From Macrostomum lignano (Eukaryota), in NCBI GenBank assembly GCA_002269645.1, contig NIVC01001728.1:49161-113160 (forward strand): a DNA stretch of 64,000 nucleotides, given 5' to 3'. This document shows positions 1 through 14,090 of this stretch, piece by piece; within the stretch, counting starts at the first letter, position 1, and each line of letters starts with the position of its first letter. The notes beneath the pieces were generated by a model. That model had not been told where the DNA came from, did not search any database, and saw only the letters and a list, made by a program, of their open reading frames with translations. The translations under genes and the position numbers were made by a program.

Positions 1-328
1 AGTCGCCAAACAATTTGACATCGCTGTCTATTAACTCTACGCCGAGAAGACAGGCCTTCGGACTGAGCCTGGCCGGCAGACACAAGAACCAGGTGAGGTT
101 GCGCAGACGTGTCATGACAGACGGGTGCCACTGCTGCTGCATCTGCATGTACAGCCTCGCAGCTGCCGTTCTGTACCTGGCCCTGATGCAGTACAGCAGC
201 AGATCTGCGTGCACCAATTGGCACAGACTGCTGCCAGCACCCGCAGGAGGCTCGCCAGCTACACTATCTGCATTGGCATAGTTGCAGTCTTCTTCTTCTA
301 AAAGCAATTTGACGCCTGATTGCTTCGC
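1..328 (-). CDS. Putative internal coding exon of an unidentified gene, running off the left edge
   Basis: Minus-strand acceptor GACTTTTTTCAG at 331-329, followed by a stop-free frame to position 1 (AKQSGVKLLLEEEDCNY...LCQLVHADLLLYCIRARYRTAAARLY...LIDSDVKLFGD). GC-rich, exon-like composition. No family recognised. Confidence 0.45.
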
Positions 329-860
329 CTGAAAAAAGTCAATCACGTGATTCAATCAGCTGATTTATCCAAAATAAAAAGATAATTTAAGGCCAATCAA
401 ATATCAACACCGACGTTAGCAAGACAAGCCTACAGAGTTTGAATTCAATTAATCAACAGACTGCGTGACTGCAATTTATTTGTAATGATCAAAGTCAAAA
501 TAAACCAAATATTTTAATTCCTAAATATTGCTAACCACAAAAGGAACAACAATATCAAATATAAAAGTGCTTTCAATGCAAGTCTAAATAGCTGACTGAC
601 TGTTACAACTGAAAATAAATTGAATCTAATCACCAGGCTTTGCAAAACTTTGCTTTTAGTAGAAAAATGCAAGAGTAAAATAATCAACAGCAACGTTTTT
701 GCGATTTATATTAGCAAATTTGATGGTTGAGAATTGAACAAAGCTGAAAAAATGGAACGATTTCAAAGGTCAAAATATATCAGCTGGTTTAGCAGCGAGG
801 TCAAAACATCTGGTGCTTGTGCTTCTGGGACTTCGGAATCGGGATCAAGAGCTTGGAAAG

Positions 861-2580
861 ATCGGGATCAACAGTATTTGAGATCGGGATCAATAGTATT
901 TAAGATCGGGATCAATAGGATTTGAGATCGGGATCAACAGTATTTGAGATCGGGATTAACAGTATTTAAGATCGGGATCAATAGGATTTGAGATCGGGAT
1001 CAACAGTATTGGAGATCGGGATCAACAGTATTTGAGATCGAGATCAACAGTATTTGAGATCGGGATCAATAGGATTTGAGATCGGGATCAACAGTATTTG
1101 AGATCGGGATCAACAGTATTTGAGATCGAGATCAACAGTATTTAAGATCGGAATCAACAGTATTTGAGATCGAGATCAACAGTATTTGAGATCGGGATCA
1201 ACAGTATTGGAGATCGAGATCAACAGTATTTGAGATCGGGATCAACAGTATTGGAGATCGGGATCAACAGTATTTAAGATCGGGATCAACAGTATTTGAG
1301 ATCGGGATCAACAGTATTGGAGATCGGGATCAACAGTATTTAAGATCGGGATCAATAGGATTTGAGATCGGGATCAATAGTATTTGAGATCGGGATCAAC
1401 AGTATTTAAGATCGGGATCAATAGGATTTGAGATCGGGATCAATAGAATTTGAGATCGGGATCAACAGTATTTGAGATCGAGATCAACAGTATTTAAGAT
1501 CGGGATCAATAGTATTTGAGATCGGGATCAACAGTATTTAAGATCGGGATCAATAGGATTTGAGATCGAGATCAACAGTATTTGAGATCGGGATCAATAG
1601 GATTTGAGATCGGGATCAACAGTATTTGAGATCGGGATCAACAGTATTTGAGATCGAGATCAACAGTATTTAAGATCGGGATCAACAGTATTTGAGATCG
1701 AGATCAACAGTATTTGAGATCGGGATCAGCAGTATTGGAGATCGGGATCAACAGTATTTAAGATCGGGATCAATAGGATTTGAGATCGGGATCAATAGTA
1801 TTTGAGATCGGGATCAACAGTATTTAAGATCGGGATCAATAGGATTTGAGATCGGGATCAATAGAATTTGAGATCGGGATCAACAGTATTTGAGATCGAG
1901 ATCAACAGTATTTAAGATCGGGATCAATAGTATTTGAGATCGGGATCAACAGTATTGGAGATCGGGATCAACAGTATTTGAGATCGAGATCAACAGTTTT
2001 TGAGATCGGGATCAACAGTATTTGAGATCGGGATCAACAGTATTTGAGGTTGGGATCAACAGTATTTGAGATCGAGATCAACAGTATTTAAGATCGGGAT
2101 CAACAGTATTTGAGATCGGGATCAATAGTATTTGAGATCGGGATCAACAGTATTTGAGATCGGGATCAATAGGATTTGAGATCGGGATCAACAGTATTTG
2201 AGATCGGGATCAACAGTATTTGAGATCGGGATCAACAGTATTTGAGGTTGGGATCAACAGTATTTGAGATCGGGATCAACAGTATTAGAGATCGGGATCA
2301 ACAGTATTTGAGATCGGGATCAATAGTATTTGGGATCGGGATCAACAGTATGAGATCGGGATCAATAGGATTTGAGATCGGGATCAACAGTATTTGAGAT
2401 CGGGATCAACAGTATTGGAGATCGGGATCAACAGTATTGGAGATCGGGATCAACAGTATTGGAGATCGGGATCAACAGTATTTGAGATCGGGATCAACAG
2501 TATTTGAGATCGGGATCAATAGGATTTGAGATCGGGATCAACAGTATTTGAGGTTGGGATCAACAGCATTTGAGATTGTG
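861..2580. repeat. 22-bp minisatellite (GAGATCGGGATCAACAGTATTT), about 78 copies
   Basis: Unit read directly; period of 22 checked (e.g. GATCGGG at 904 and 926). Confidence 0.97.
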
Positions 2581-2627
2581 ATCGAGAATCAAGAGTCTCC
2601 TGTGCAGGGAAGAAACTCAAATTCGAC

Positions 2628-3236
2628 TCAAATCCAAGGATTCTTGAACAAAGACGCCAGCGAAGCCCTCAGCCGCATGCAGACAGCCGTTTTGACTCGC
2701 TGATGCTCGTCAATCACAGCGGCGGTCACTCCTTGGCCGCGCCGCCGATGCTGGCCATCATTGAAGCCAGCTTCATCACCGCGACGTTTGTAACCATGGT
2801 GACGCGTCAGGTCGGTCTCCATGCAGGCTGGGCAGTTGCGAGCTCTAACGCCCCTAGCAACAAGCATTCGAGACCGGCTTTTCTGCCTTGGTTTCTTTCT
2901 ACTATTGCCATTGGAATTTCTAGCCAACACTTTCCGTGACTTGCTACTGCTAGTAGCAGGTGAGACATTAGCACGAGAGCAGTCGCTGAGCCACTTCATA
3001 ACCTGGCTATACTTGACCTCACTCAGGTACATTTGAGGTGGCCTGCGCAGCACTGCTTCATTGGCAGCAGCAGCCTGAGTGGCAGCCACCAACTTCATCT
3101 GGTTTGTATGCTCAACAAGGCTAGGATGCCTCGGCCGAAGCAGGTAATTATAGCCACATTGCTTGGCGGCAGCCCGGCGACTGCGCAACATTTTTATCAG
3201 CTTTGGGTTGATAAATTTGGAAACATCGTCAGCCAT
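2628..3236 (-). CDS. Orphan ORF, 202 aa, basic and low-complexity; could be the first exon of a longer gene
   Basis: ATG-initiated ORF (MADDVSKFINPK...) in non-repetitive GC-rich sequence, bounded by AT-rich upstream DNA. No recognisable domain. Confidence 0.45.
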   Translation of the reverse strand: MADDVSKFINPKLIKMLRSRRAAAKQCGYNYLLRPRHPSLVEHTNQMKLVAATQAAAANEAVLRRPPQMYLSEVKYSQVMKWLSDCSRANVSPATSSSKSRKVLARNSNGNSRKKPRQKSRSRMLVARGVRARNCPACMETDLTRHHGYKRRGDEAGFNDGQHRRRGQGVTAAVIDEHQRVKTAVCMRLRASLASLFKNPWI

Positions 3237-3436
3237 TTTAAAAAAAACCGATTTTGTGTCTTCAGAAAGTCTGAAAATTTATTAAGGAGATTAGGCAGTG
3301 CGCAGAAAAACTTGAAAATTGTAATTGTAATAAGATACTTACTGATAGCTACTGAAAATATTTTTCTTATATTTATACTTACAGTAGAGCATCAAATATA
3401 AGTTCTAAGAACTTATAAAGAGTTCAAGAGTTTGTA

Positions 3437-3772
3437 AAGAAGCTAAGAGTAAAGATGCTAAGAGTGGAAAGAAGCTAAGAGTAAAGAAGCTAAGAGTAAA
3501 GATGCTAAGAGTGGAAAGAAGCTAAGAGTGGAAAGAAGCTAAGAGTAAAGAAGCTAAGAGTAAAGATGCTAAGAGTAAAGATGCTAAGAGTAAAGAAGCT
3601 AAGAGTAAAGAAGCTAAGAGTAAAGATGCTAAGAGTAAAGATGCTAAGAGTAAAGATGCTAAGAGTAAAGAAGCTAAGAGTAAAGATGCTAAGAGTAAAG
3701 ATGCTAAGAGTAAAGATGCTAAGAGTAAAGATGCTAAGAGTAAAGAAGCTAAGAGTAAAGTGGAAGCTGAGA
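3437..3772. repeat. 15-bp minisatellite (GCTAAGAGTAAAGAT/A)
   Basis: Unit read directly. It gives rise to the spurious LRVKM and LLLAS ORFs. Confidence 0.95.
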
Positions 3773-3879
3773 GTAGAAAAAGGTTGAGAGAAAGAGTTCT
3801 GCTATAGCTACAGATATAGCTATAGGAAGTTATAGATATGGAGGGTTTTAGGCAAAGCATACAATATACTTGTAGATAT

Positions 3880-4147
3880 CTTTGTGACTTAGTTGCTCCT
3901 TTTGCGACTTACCTAATCCTTTTTGATTTACCTAATCATTTGTGCAACTTAATTTGCTTCTGTTGCAACTTGTTTTTCTTTTGCTTTACCATGTTTACTT
4001 TCCTGTACCACTCTTCTCTTTCTTTTTTCTCTTGCCTTTCTTTCTTAGTTCTTGGCTTTTTTCGTTTTTGGTTGACTTAATTTTGTGACTTACCCTGGTC
4101 CACCACAGTTTACAGTGGCCAGATTGGCCAGCAGTTGTGCATGTATG
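3880..4147 (-). mobile_element. Degenerate copy of the MULE-like MITE family seen at 50766-51031
   Basis: 4081-4147 (TTTTGTGACTTACCCTGGTCCACCACAGTTTACAGTGGCCAGAT...GTTGTGCATGTATG) is the reverse complement of the left end of the 50766 element. The left boundary is approximate. Confidence 0.7.
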
Positions 4148-4451
4148 ATTGGCTATTTGGCCCAAGGTAGTGTAGCCAGTCTCTAGTAAAGAAAGGACAG
4201 TGACAAACAAAGTGCTGAGTATTTTTGTTGTTGTATTAGCAAAAAGCCAAGTTTGCTTTAGAGATTGCCTTGGAGGAAGCAGTGCTTGGCAAGGTAGCAG
4301 CCTATAAGGCTGCTTGGCTATTGGAGTGAATGACAATAATCTCCCCTCTATATTTTTGGCATTTAGCTTTGCCCTATTGGAATAAATGTTAAAAACCCGC
4401 GGACGCACGCTTTAGAAAAGAGTCAAACTATTTTACCGCGCTTTAGGATTA

Positions 4452-4765
4452 TTAGAGATGTTCCGAAAGATCTGCAGTTTCGTCGAAATCAAAATTTGCT
4501 AACTTTCCAAAATCAAAATTGAAATTTCCCGAAATCATAATTCAGAAAAACAAAGTTTAGTATGATCAACACTCACTTTTTTACTTTTAATTTACTGCTT
4601 AAGCAAAAAGTAATACATGTATATGTAGTAGAAAGTAGTTTATTTTTAGCGACTTTTTAGACACTACCAAAATTTTCACTTCTAAATTTTATTTCGAAAT
4701 TGAAAGTCGCTCTAAAAAATTTCAAATTTTGGAAAATTGAAATTGAATTTTCGGAACATCTCTAA
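4452..4765. mobile_element. MITE with perfect 17-bp terminal inverted repeats
   Basis: TTAGAGATGTTCCGAAA (4452-4468) and TTTCGGAACATCTCTAA (4749-4765), with an AT-rich non-coding interior. TSD ambiguous (possibly TA). Confidence 0.8.
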
Positions 4766-5596
4766 GCTTAATAAATTACGAGTGTATAAGCCCCTTCAAC
4801 AGAGGTATTATACCCATTTCCATGTATATGTATTTGCTAGAGCAGCAGCCAGTAAGAAAGGGCAGCGCGCGCAGGCGCTGCGCCTGTGCGCGCGCTGCGC
4901 TTTAGAAAAATTTCAAAAGTGCGCCGGACACCGTCCACGGTTTTACAACTTTTTCCTATAGGGTAGCTTTGCAGTGCAAGAGCTAATGGCAAGGATTAGA
5001 CTTAGGGATTAAGAACTCTATGAACTTGTCTTCTTAGGCTAGGGTCTAAGAACTCTAAGAACTCTTTTCTTTAAGAAAGACCTTCAAGAGAATTTAAGAT
5101 AGAGGAGAAAGTAGCAAGAAGAATTAAGAGAAAAAAGAAGAGATATAATTGAAAAAAGATAATATAATAAATAAGATAAGAGAGAAAACAGCAGAAGAGA
5201 GAGAGGATAGAGAAAGAAGACAAGATGATATAAATAGGGCCTAAGTTGAAAAAAAGAGAAAAAGAAAATAAGGAGTATAGATTACTAAGGTACTTTGATA
5301 TTTATCATATGTATATAGATATCATATGTAAGCCTACATGATCAATGACCTTTTTTCATGACCTATATAAAAAATTAAAAAATCAAACAATAAGCATAAT
5401 AGATATGCATATATCCTATATCCCAAATCCTGCTATTGAAGAAGAGGAAAGATGCAAGAAGAGAGAAAAAACAAGAGGACAAAAGTTTAAAATCTTTGAA
5501 TCTTATTTTAAGACAAATTTAGAGCCTAGGCTATTCAAATTTTTGTATAGGCCTAGACCTATTTCTATCATAATTATTAGGCCTAGCTTAAACGGG

Positions 5597-5732
5597 TGAT
5601 GGTCATTTCGTCAACTGGCGTTTCGTCAACTCGGTTGACGAAGTGACCAAAGTGTTGGGGCGACTTTACTGGTGGTTGACGAAGTGACCAATGCCTAGGT
5701 CCTTCCCATTTGCTTTTTGACGAAGTGACTAA
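5597..5732. mobile_element. MITE-like fragment with inverted and direct copies of TTGACGAAGTGACC
   Basis: GGTCATTTCGTCAAC near 5600 faces three copies of (G)TTGACGAAGTGAC, an arrangement typical of DNA-transposon subterminal repeats. Confidence 0.5.
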
Positions 5733-6619
5733 AAAAATTTCATTATATGAATGATAGGCCTAACGTATGTAGCTGATACAGCTGCATATCTTGTATAGCT
5801 TACAATTATTGTTATATCGATGACTTGTTTTATTAATTGCCTTATTTTTAAAAAATAAACAATTTTTGCAATTGAAAAATTGCAATGCCAGACTGCATGT
5901 CCATTTGGTTAAATGTTTCGATGCAAATATTCTATGCAAATGCGTCACCCCATGCGCACTCATACCCATATGCGTCCGGGCATTAATGAATATTGAGTAT
6001 TTGTGTGTTATGCGACCATACACGCGACTACATAACATGGGTATTTCTCCTATCAAACGCGTCGAGGACTGCTATAAAGTCCCCTATATATGGAGCCGTG
6101 AAAATTGGTGGACTGCGTGCGCCTCATTCCCACCCCTCCACCCCGCTGTGCACAGTCAACCGAAGCCCCCGCAGCGAATCTTGATATCCGGTAATGCTCT
6201 TGTTCGGGAGTGTATAATTACGCACGATTCACGCGCGCTCATTGATCGATCATGCTGTACATGTATTAAGGTATTGCACTCCCTGTCATGCTTAACACTA
6301 AAATGTACAATGCACTGTAAGAAGGCACAAGCAGACACGAGCAGACAGACGCAAAGGCACAGGCAGACGCGCAAACCGATCGGCGATATTGGGTGCAGTA
6401 CCACAGCGGCGTGCTCTTGATTCGTGCATTCCTGCTCATGTAGCTGCACAAGACTTGGCCATGTGCCTAAGCCTAGTGCTTTTATGTGTTGGGTCAGCAA
6501 ACTTTTTACCTCAAGGGCCAGATTGAGAACCTAGCGCAAATGACTGCCCTTCTGGGTCCGCTTCGCTGGGCCCCTAAGCAAAATGCGCCCAGGAGTCCCT
6601 GATGATTGCAAGCCAAAGG

Positions 6620-6975
6620 AGGGAGAGAGGATAGGGAATAGAGAGGAGAAATACGAGCTGGCGTACTCATAGAAGAAAGGATCGAGAGGTGAAGGAATAA
6701 GGATAAGAGAGTATACGATCGAGAGGAGAGATGAAATAGGAGAGGAATTATCGAGAGGAGAGGAGAGACGAATTAATAGAGGAGAGAGGAGAGGAGAGAC
6801 GAATTAATAGAGAAGAGAGGAGAGGAGAGGATTGAGAGAAGAGGGAAGGGAGAAGAGAATGGAGAAGAAAAGGAAGAGGAGAGGAGAGAGGTGAGAGATG
6901 AGAAGAAAGGAGAGAGGAGAGGAGAGGACAGGTGAGAGAGAAGAGAGAGGTGAGAGAAGAGAGCTGAAAAGAGAC
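6620..6975. repeat. GA-rich low-complexity tract
   Basis: Almost pure purine sequence; source of the L/S/P-rich antisense ORFs. Confidence 0.9.
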
Positions 6976-7004
6976 ACAAAAATTGAGCACTCCGGATTTC
7001 TATT

Positions 7005-7086
7005 ATGAAGATTCAAAGGATCCGAGGGCCGGATAGAGACTTTGCGGGCCACATGTGGCCCGCGAACTGGAGTTTGACGACCCCTG
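7005..7086 (-). mobile_element. hAT (Charlie/MER58-like) element terminus
   Basis: Reverse complement reads CAGGGGTCGTCAAACTCCAGTTCGCGGGCCACATGTGGCCCGC, similar to Charlie-type ends. A related copy lies at 42490-42573. Confidence 0.65.
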
Positions 7087-7667
7087 TTTTAGCTATTTAG
7101 CCCTTCTCCTTTGGGGCCTCTGATCGAAATTTCGAGTCTGCCGCAATCCCAAGACTTAATTAAACCGCTGCGGGCGCTGCAACCAAAATCACTAAAATGC
7201 CGTCAGCTAAAAGAATAGATAGCGCCAAGAGATCCAGAAAATTACTGGTCTTGCATGCCCTTGCAATTTTCATTTATTTGAGATATCTATGACTATATAT
7301 ACTAAATAAATTAGTCAAGGACCACTGAAGTCACTTAAGCGCAGTCCTTGAAATGAGTGCAGTATACAGTTGCGCAATGTTTGAATTAGTTGAACATTTG
7401 AGCATTTTCAGCTAGACTTTCGGCTACTCCAACACAGAATTGAATATTGGCCTGGTTATGCCATAATGCCACAAACTAGCAGCAAGAGTTTGGGTGCCCT
7501 TAGGTTAGAAGAAATTATGAGCAATATGCCCTCCCATCATTAGCCCCCCCCCACTCTGAAATATGTTCCGACACTATACTGGCTTGAGCTACAGTACATT
7601 TACATGTAGTCTGGGGAGTCCTGCAGTCCGAGGCCAGCTTATGTACAGCTGACCGCTAGAGGGCAGC

Positions 7668-7860
7668 GTTGTTCCAGGCGAGGCGGTGATCGAGACCGTC
7701 CTGCTGTACAACGTCAAGACCTGGACGCTGATGAAGTCGCTCGAGCAACGTTGACGCGGCGCACGCTGGCCTGCTGCGCGCCTTCAAGATCGCCTACGCG
7801 AGTGACCATAATACGGCTTTTGTATCACCGCGCCGACCTGTTCCGTCCAAGCGACCTGCA
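7668..7860 (+). mobile_element. Decayed fragment of an RTE-like non-LTR retrotransposon
   Basis: Clearly homologous at nucleotide level to 40170-40360 (GAGACCGTCCTGCTG...GACCTGGACGCTGA...CGCTCGAGCAAC); encodes ETVLLYN-TWTL remnants. Confidence 0.75.
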
Positions 7861-8218
7861 TTCATGTATGCAATGGCTTGATTTGGAATGCTTTCTATAT
7901 GTATGTTTTGCGAATAGAGGACCCGGCCACTTCAAGCATTATCTTTGGTCCGGGTTCTCCCCAACTACATGTACTACTTCTTAATTAACTTCTGCATTCA
8001 AAATTTAACATACAAATGTGCACACGGGATGTAACCCCGTCGTGCTGCACACGTTTCAAACACATGGGCGCATTATTTTTGTTAGTACATGTACAAGCGT
8101 ATAACAGAGACGCATCGATCGAAAGCCGGCAGATGTTGCAGGGGGTATGAATATTAATTAGCCTGTCGACTTAGTCATTTCAGGGTTCAGTTTTACTTTT
8201 TTGCGGCTGCGGGGGGTT

Positions 8219-8803
8219 GACTTGCCAACGCATCTCGCATGCGTCAAGAGAAAAATAAAGTTTCGTAGCTCTGCGTTGAGTAGAAGTGTCTGTCAGCGAA
8301 TGTCAAGCTGGACCCCCAAAATACACTACGGAGATAGGAACACAGTTTGCAGGTGAATAACTCGTACAGGCTTTAAGCTAGGGTGCTGATTTTTGACTTG
8401 CCAACGCATCTCGCGTGCGTCAAGAGAAAAATAAAGTTTCGTAGCTCTGCGTTGAGTAGAAGTGTCTGTCAGCGAATGTCAAGCTGGACCCCTAAAATAC
8501 ACTACGGAGATAGGAACACAGTTTGCAGGTGAATAACTCGTACAGGCTTTAAGCTAGGGTGCTGATTTTTGACTTGCCAACGCATCTCGCGTGCGTCAAG
8601 AGAAAAATAAAGTTTCGTAGCTCTGCGTTGAGTAGAAGTGTCTGTCAGCGAATGTCAAGCTGGACCCCCAAAATACACTACGGAGATAGGAACACAGTTT
8701 GCAGGTGAATAACTCGTACAGGCTTTAAGCTAGGGTGCTGATTTTTGACTTGCCAACGCATCTCGCATGCGTCAAGAGAAAAAAAAGTTTCGTAGCTCTG
8801 CGT
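8219..8803. repeat. 176-bp tandem repeat, about 3.3 near-identical copies, plus a decayed partial copy to about 8890
   Basis: GACTTGCCAACGCATC starts at 8219, 8395, 8571 and 8747 (period exactly 176). Confidence 0.97.
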
Positions 8804-9763
8804 GTATTTTAAGCCGTTTTGTTGAGTTGCATAATAATACACTAAGGAGATAGGAACAAACTTTATTTGTGAATAATTTGTACAGTCTATTTTTAAATGC
8901 TGAGATATTTTACGTAGTTTTTTTTCTTGATTGCGTCAAAGTTTTTGTAAAATTTTAAAGCGTTTCGTTCAAGTAAAGAAAAGTTACAGCGGCTTTGTTA
9001 AAATTTGAATGTGAATCTGAATGTCAATCGGGAGATGAATACGTAATTTTAATTCATTATTTAAGTTTATTAGTAAGTTGTTACATCTGTATGATCATGG
9101 TCATAAACAAAGAGATTAATTAGGCATTTAGGTAAATACGAATACATTCGTAATGTTATAACTTCTCGTCAGACTTGTATTTTTGTTTTTTTCTTTGCAA
9201 ATTCGTTAATCCGTTAGTTCAAAAAAATCTTAACGGCAGTCCGTTCCGTTAACGTTAATGAAAAATCTTAACGCTTATTAACGCTTATTAACAGACCGGT
9301 GCCCAACACTGATATCAATGCTCACAACAGCCGGCCAATTTTATTCAACTCAAGAACTGCAAATTCAGCCCTCAATTGTAGGCTGTTCAGTATGGTAGAT
9401 CTTGAAGTCTTATGAATTTGTTCAATGTTTAAATTATATAAATGTTTCTTTGAAATACTGCGATAAACAAAATTACACATAAAAAATACCACCTTATTAT
9501 ATCTCTTTGCATGACTCAAAATATCTAATTATGGAAAATAAGGCCTCTAGCCCTATGAGTTTTGTAGGCCCTAGTTAATTTTACTCTTTCTTTTAAAAAA
9601 AATTTTTTTCAGCCAGCAACAACGCGTAGGCCCTACCTGTGTATATTATGCATTGTGAGACTGTTAAGCTGCTTTTGTTCTGCACCCTACTAAAAAACGA
9701 AAACTATCTTTCTAGATTCTAAGCTCTAAGCTGTCTGAGAGATGCATGCTATTTGGGCCTGGC

Positions 9764-10282
9764 GGCTAGGCTATCCTGCAGAATCGTTCGTTAAATTCAC
9801 TGTACGCACATTTTTTTAGCTATTGACATGAAACTCCAAAAATGAATACTTCAATTATGGAATTATTTAATACGAATGGAATTTTAATGACAAAACACTT
9901 CTAAAATGATGGCATAGGCCTAATGAAATTATTCATTTTTGGCAAGTTTCACGTCAAAGCTAAAAAAAATGTGCGGCGATCCTCTTTCAGTTTCCCACTC
10001 TAAATTATTTAAACCCCGGCCGCCTACAACACATTGGCCAACCATCTGATGGTCATCTTTCGGTGATTGAGCTTTCCCCCATCAGCACTTTGACAATATC
10101 TCTACTTGATAACACACTACTACCCTATGTAGAACTCTGTGAACTCTTTGCGAAAAATCTGTGAGCTTGTCAGACTCTGAAAAGTTCAAAAAGGGGTTTA
10201 AAAAATTTAGAGTGGGAAACCAAAAGATTGCTAAATGTGCGTGCAGTGAATTTAACGAATGGAACGATTTTGCAGGATAGCC
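9764..10282. mobile_element. MULE-like foldback MITE
   Basis: Long imperfect TIRs (GGCTATCCTGCA(G/A)AATCGTT...AAATTCACTG.ACGCACATTT), a second internal inverted pair (about 9960-10015 and 10190-10230), and a 9-bp flanking direct repeat GGGCCTGGC (9755-9763 and 10283-10291). Confidence 0.75.
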
Positions 10283-10779
10283 GGGCCTGGCTTAGGGATA
10301 CTTGCTATCTAATGGATGCTTGCTTTGATTAGCAGACATAATTTAAGAACCGAAATGCTGGGCACTGAAAAGCCTAGATACCATTTCATTGTACATTGGT
10401 ACCATGTTATATATTACTAGTGTCATTTATATCGTAACTAAAATAACTAGGCCCTGGCTAGGCCTACCTTATAATAAGTTATCTTATTGGGCAGAGGGCC
10501 TAGGCCTACTCACTATTTGTCCTTGTTTCTTTTATTTTCATGAGTTTAAACTAACTAAACTAAAGCTATGATAGGCCTATGGATTTAGGCGTGATTTATA
10601 TGCTTGTAGCTTAGCCTTAGGCCTAGTTAGCATTTTTTATTTGCTTAATATGTAGCTTATTAGCAATGTGTATATTGTATGCATCCTAAAATTTGAAATT
10701 GCACTTTGATATTAATATTATAAAACACTATATCTTTAAGTTTGGCAATAAGCCGCAATATTCAAAAGTGGGTTTATAG

Positions 10780-11420
10780 TCTTATAACCTATTTTTTCCT
10801 TTTAGCCTCATTTGCACTGCCTTAAAATAATAAAGAAAAGAAATTGTACTCTAACTAAGCCTTTAAATTGCACCTCTAGATTGTATTGGACATAGCCATA
10901 GGCCTAGGCATAACTCATAAGGTACAATTTTGTACTTTGTCTCTAGCCAAAAATAGGCCTTAACCAAGCGCTAGGTTTTTTGCCTGATTGCAGCGCATGG
11001 GCATTTTGGCGGATGGCGTCCGGCGTGGATCTAATACGGCGCAGCGCGGCGGGTATGGCGTGCGGCAATTAGTACGGCGCGGCGCGGTACTAATTAGATG
11101 CCAAGGCATTTAGGCTTGATAAGACAGTCATAGTTACTCCTGCCATTTACCCAAAACTGTGTTAATTTTGCTTTAGGGTTTCTTTCACAGGTAAGTCATT
11201 TCACAGCGTGGCGCAGGTTGTGTAGGCGTCTGGTGTACTTAAGCCATGCGCTGCAATAGGGGTTTTTTGCCTAAGACAAAATGCAAAATCTCACTCTAGG
11301 CCCCTTTATGCCTAATTTCAAAGTGTAATTTTAGAGCTCAAAGTGCAATTTCTCTTTTTTCTTATATTAAGACAATGCAGCAAATGCGGCTTAAAAAGAA
11401 AAAATAGGTTAACACTATAC
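10780..11420. mobile_element. Nested foldback/MITE cluster
   Basis: About 10780-10880 is an imperfect inverted copy of about 11310-11420. An inner perfect 14-bp IR ATTGCAGCGCATGG (10987-11000) / CCATGCGCTGCAAT (11244-11257) encloses a segment (about 11085-11200) similar to 50870-50970. Confidence 0.6.
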
Positions 11421-12719
11421 TAGTGCTGCCAAAGCTGCGCAAATTTGAATTTTTTGTGCAAATGCACAAATAATGTGCAAGACCCTAAAGTTCTATGCAA
11501 ATTAGACTTTTTGGATTATTGACAGTCTGGTAGTAGCAAAAAGTTAAATTCTACTTCAAATGATAATATATTGATACTAGCTAGAGGTTGGATAGGATTG
11601 AAATCTTCAGGTAGGATTAGGATTGGGAATAATTTTTTTTTTTGATTGGGATTGGTGTTTGGGAATTGGGATCAGGTATTTTAATATATTGTAGTTTGTA
11701 GGTCCAAATAAAGTTAAACAAAATTGAGCAAAAAATGTCAAGATCAAAAGTCAAACATAACAAAATTGATGCACAAAGTTTTGTAGTTCAAACAAAGTAA
11801 TCTCTACCTATAAAAATCAAAACTGTCTGTCTGTGGACAAATTACTTTGCTATGGACTCCCAAACCGCTCAACCAAATAACACCAAACTTTAAACCCACC
11901 CTAAACTTACTACGAAGAATGTCTTAGGCTACCTTTAAATTTCCTACCTAAAAGTACAAAAAACTGCTCAAAATGCGCAATTTTTTCATTTAATTCTCCA
12001 TAGCGCCGCTCCACTTCTACCGATCCTCTTTAAATTTGACACAGATAATCTTAAACTATTTTAGCAAAATCATGTGAAATTTCGAGTCTCAAAATTATCC
12101 TGAGCGGTGCTGTGCACTTTTAAAGTTAGGCTGCTTTTTTCAGCGTAGCAACCACCCTAACCTCCGCCTGCCTGCCTGACAAAGGGTCAGGTGATAGGAC
12201 TGAATGTACATAGCAAATGTACAGTGTTTTGGAATAACTTTTTAATAGCCTTCTCTGCACCCCCTGCATGGAGAGGCTGCGTTTAGCCATGACAGTTTAG
12301 TGAGAGATTCAAACCACTGTCCTTTGTATGGACAAGTCTGCAGCAGCGGCAAATCAAGGCGATACGGGCAGCGGGATGGTTTGTATTTATAAAAATAGCA
12401 AAAAATTAATAAATAACTGATTACAATGCAATCCAACTAAATTAGTTATACCATGAAACTTTTAACATTAAGTTTCGCATAAGGTACTTTAAAATTTAAA
12501 TGGCTCCTAAGAAATGCGTACATGTCCTTGGTTGTTAGACTGCTGCAGACTGTGGTGGTGTTCGTGGAGCTAGAGATTCCTCTCAGGGCTACTAATTGGC
12601 CAGAAAAATGATGTGATTAAAGGATGAGAAATGATAACAACTACATTTCAAAAACTGGCTTTCAAAGCAGGATCGGCAGATTTTTACCTCAATGGCCAGA
12701 TAAAGAATCCAGCTCATGG

Positions 12720-14090
<1,371 letters not shown>

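Noticed and set aside
11800-12180. Possible non-autonomous Helitron (TC start, GTCTGTCTGT, AAACCGCTCAACC motifs)
   Set aside because: No clear 3' hairpin and CTRR terminus could be located, so the support is too weak to list as a feature.
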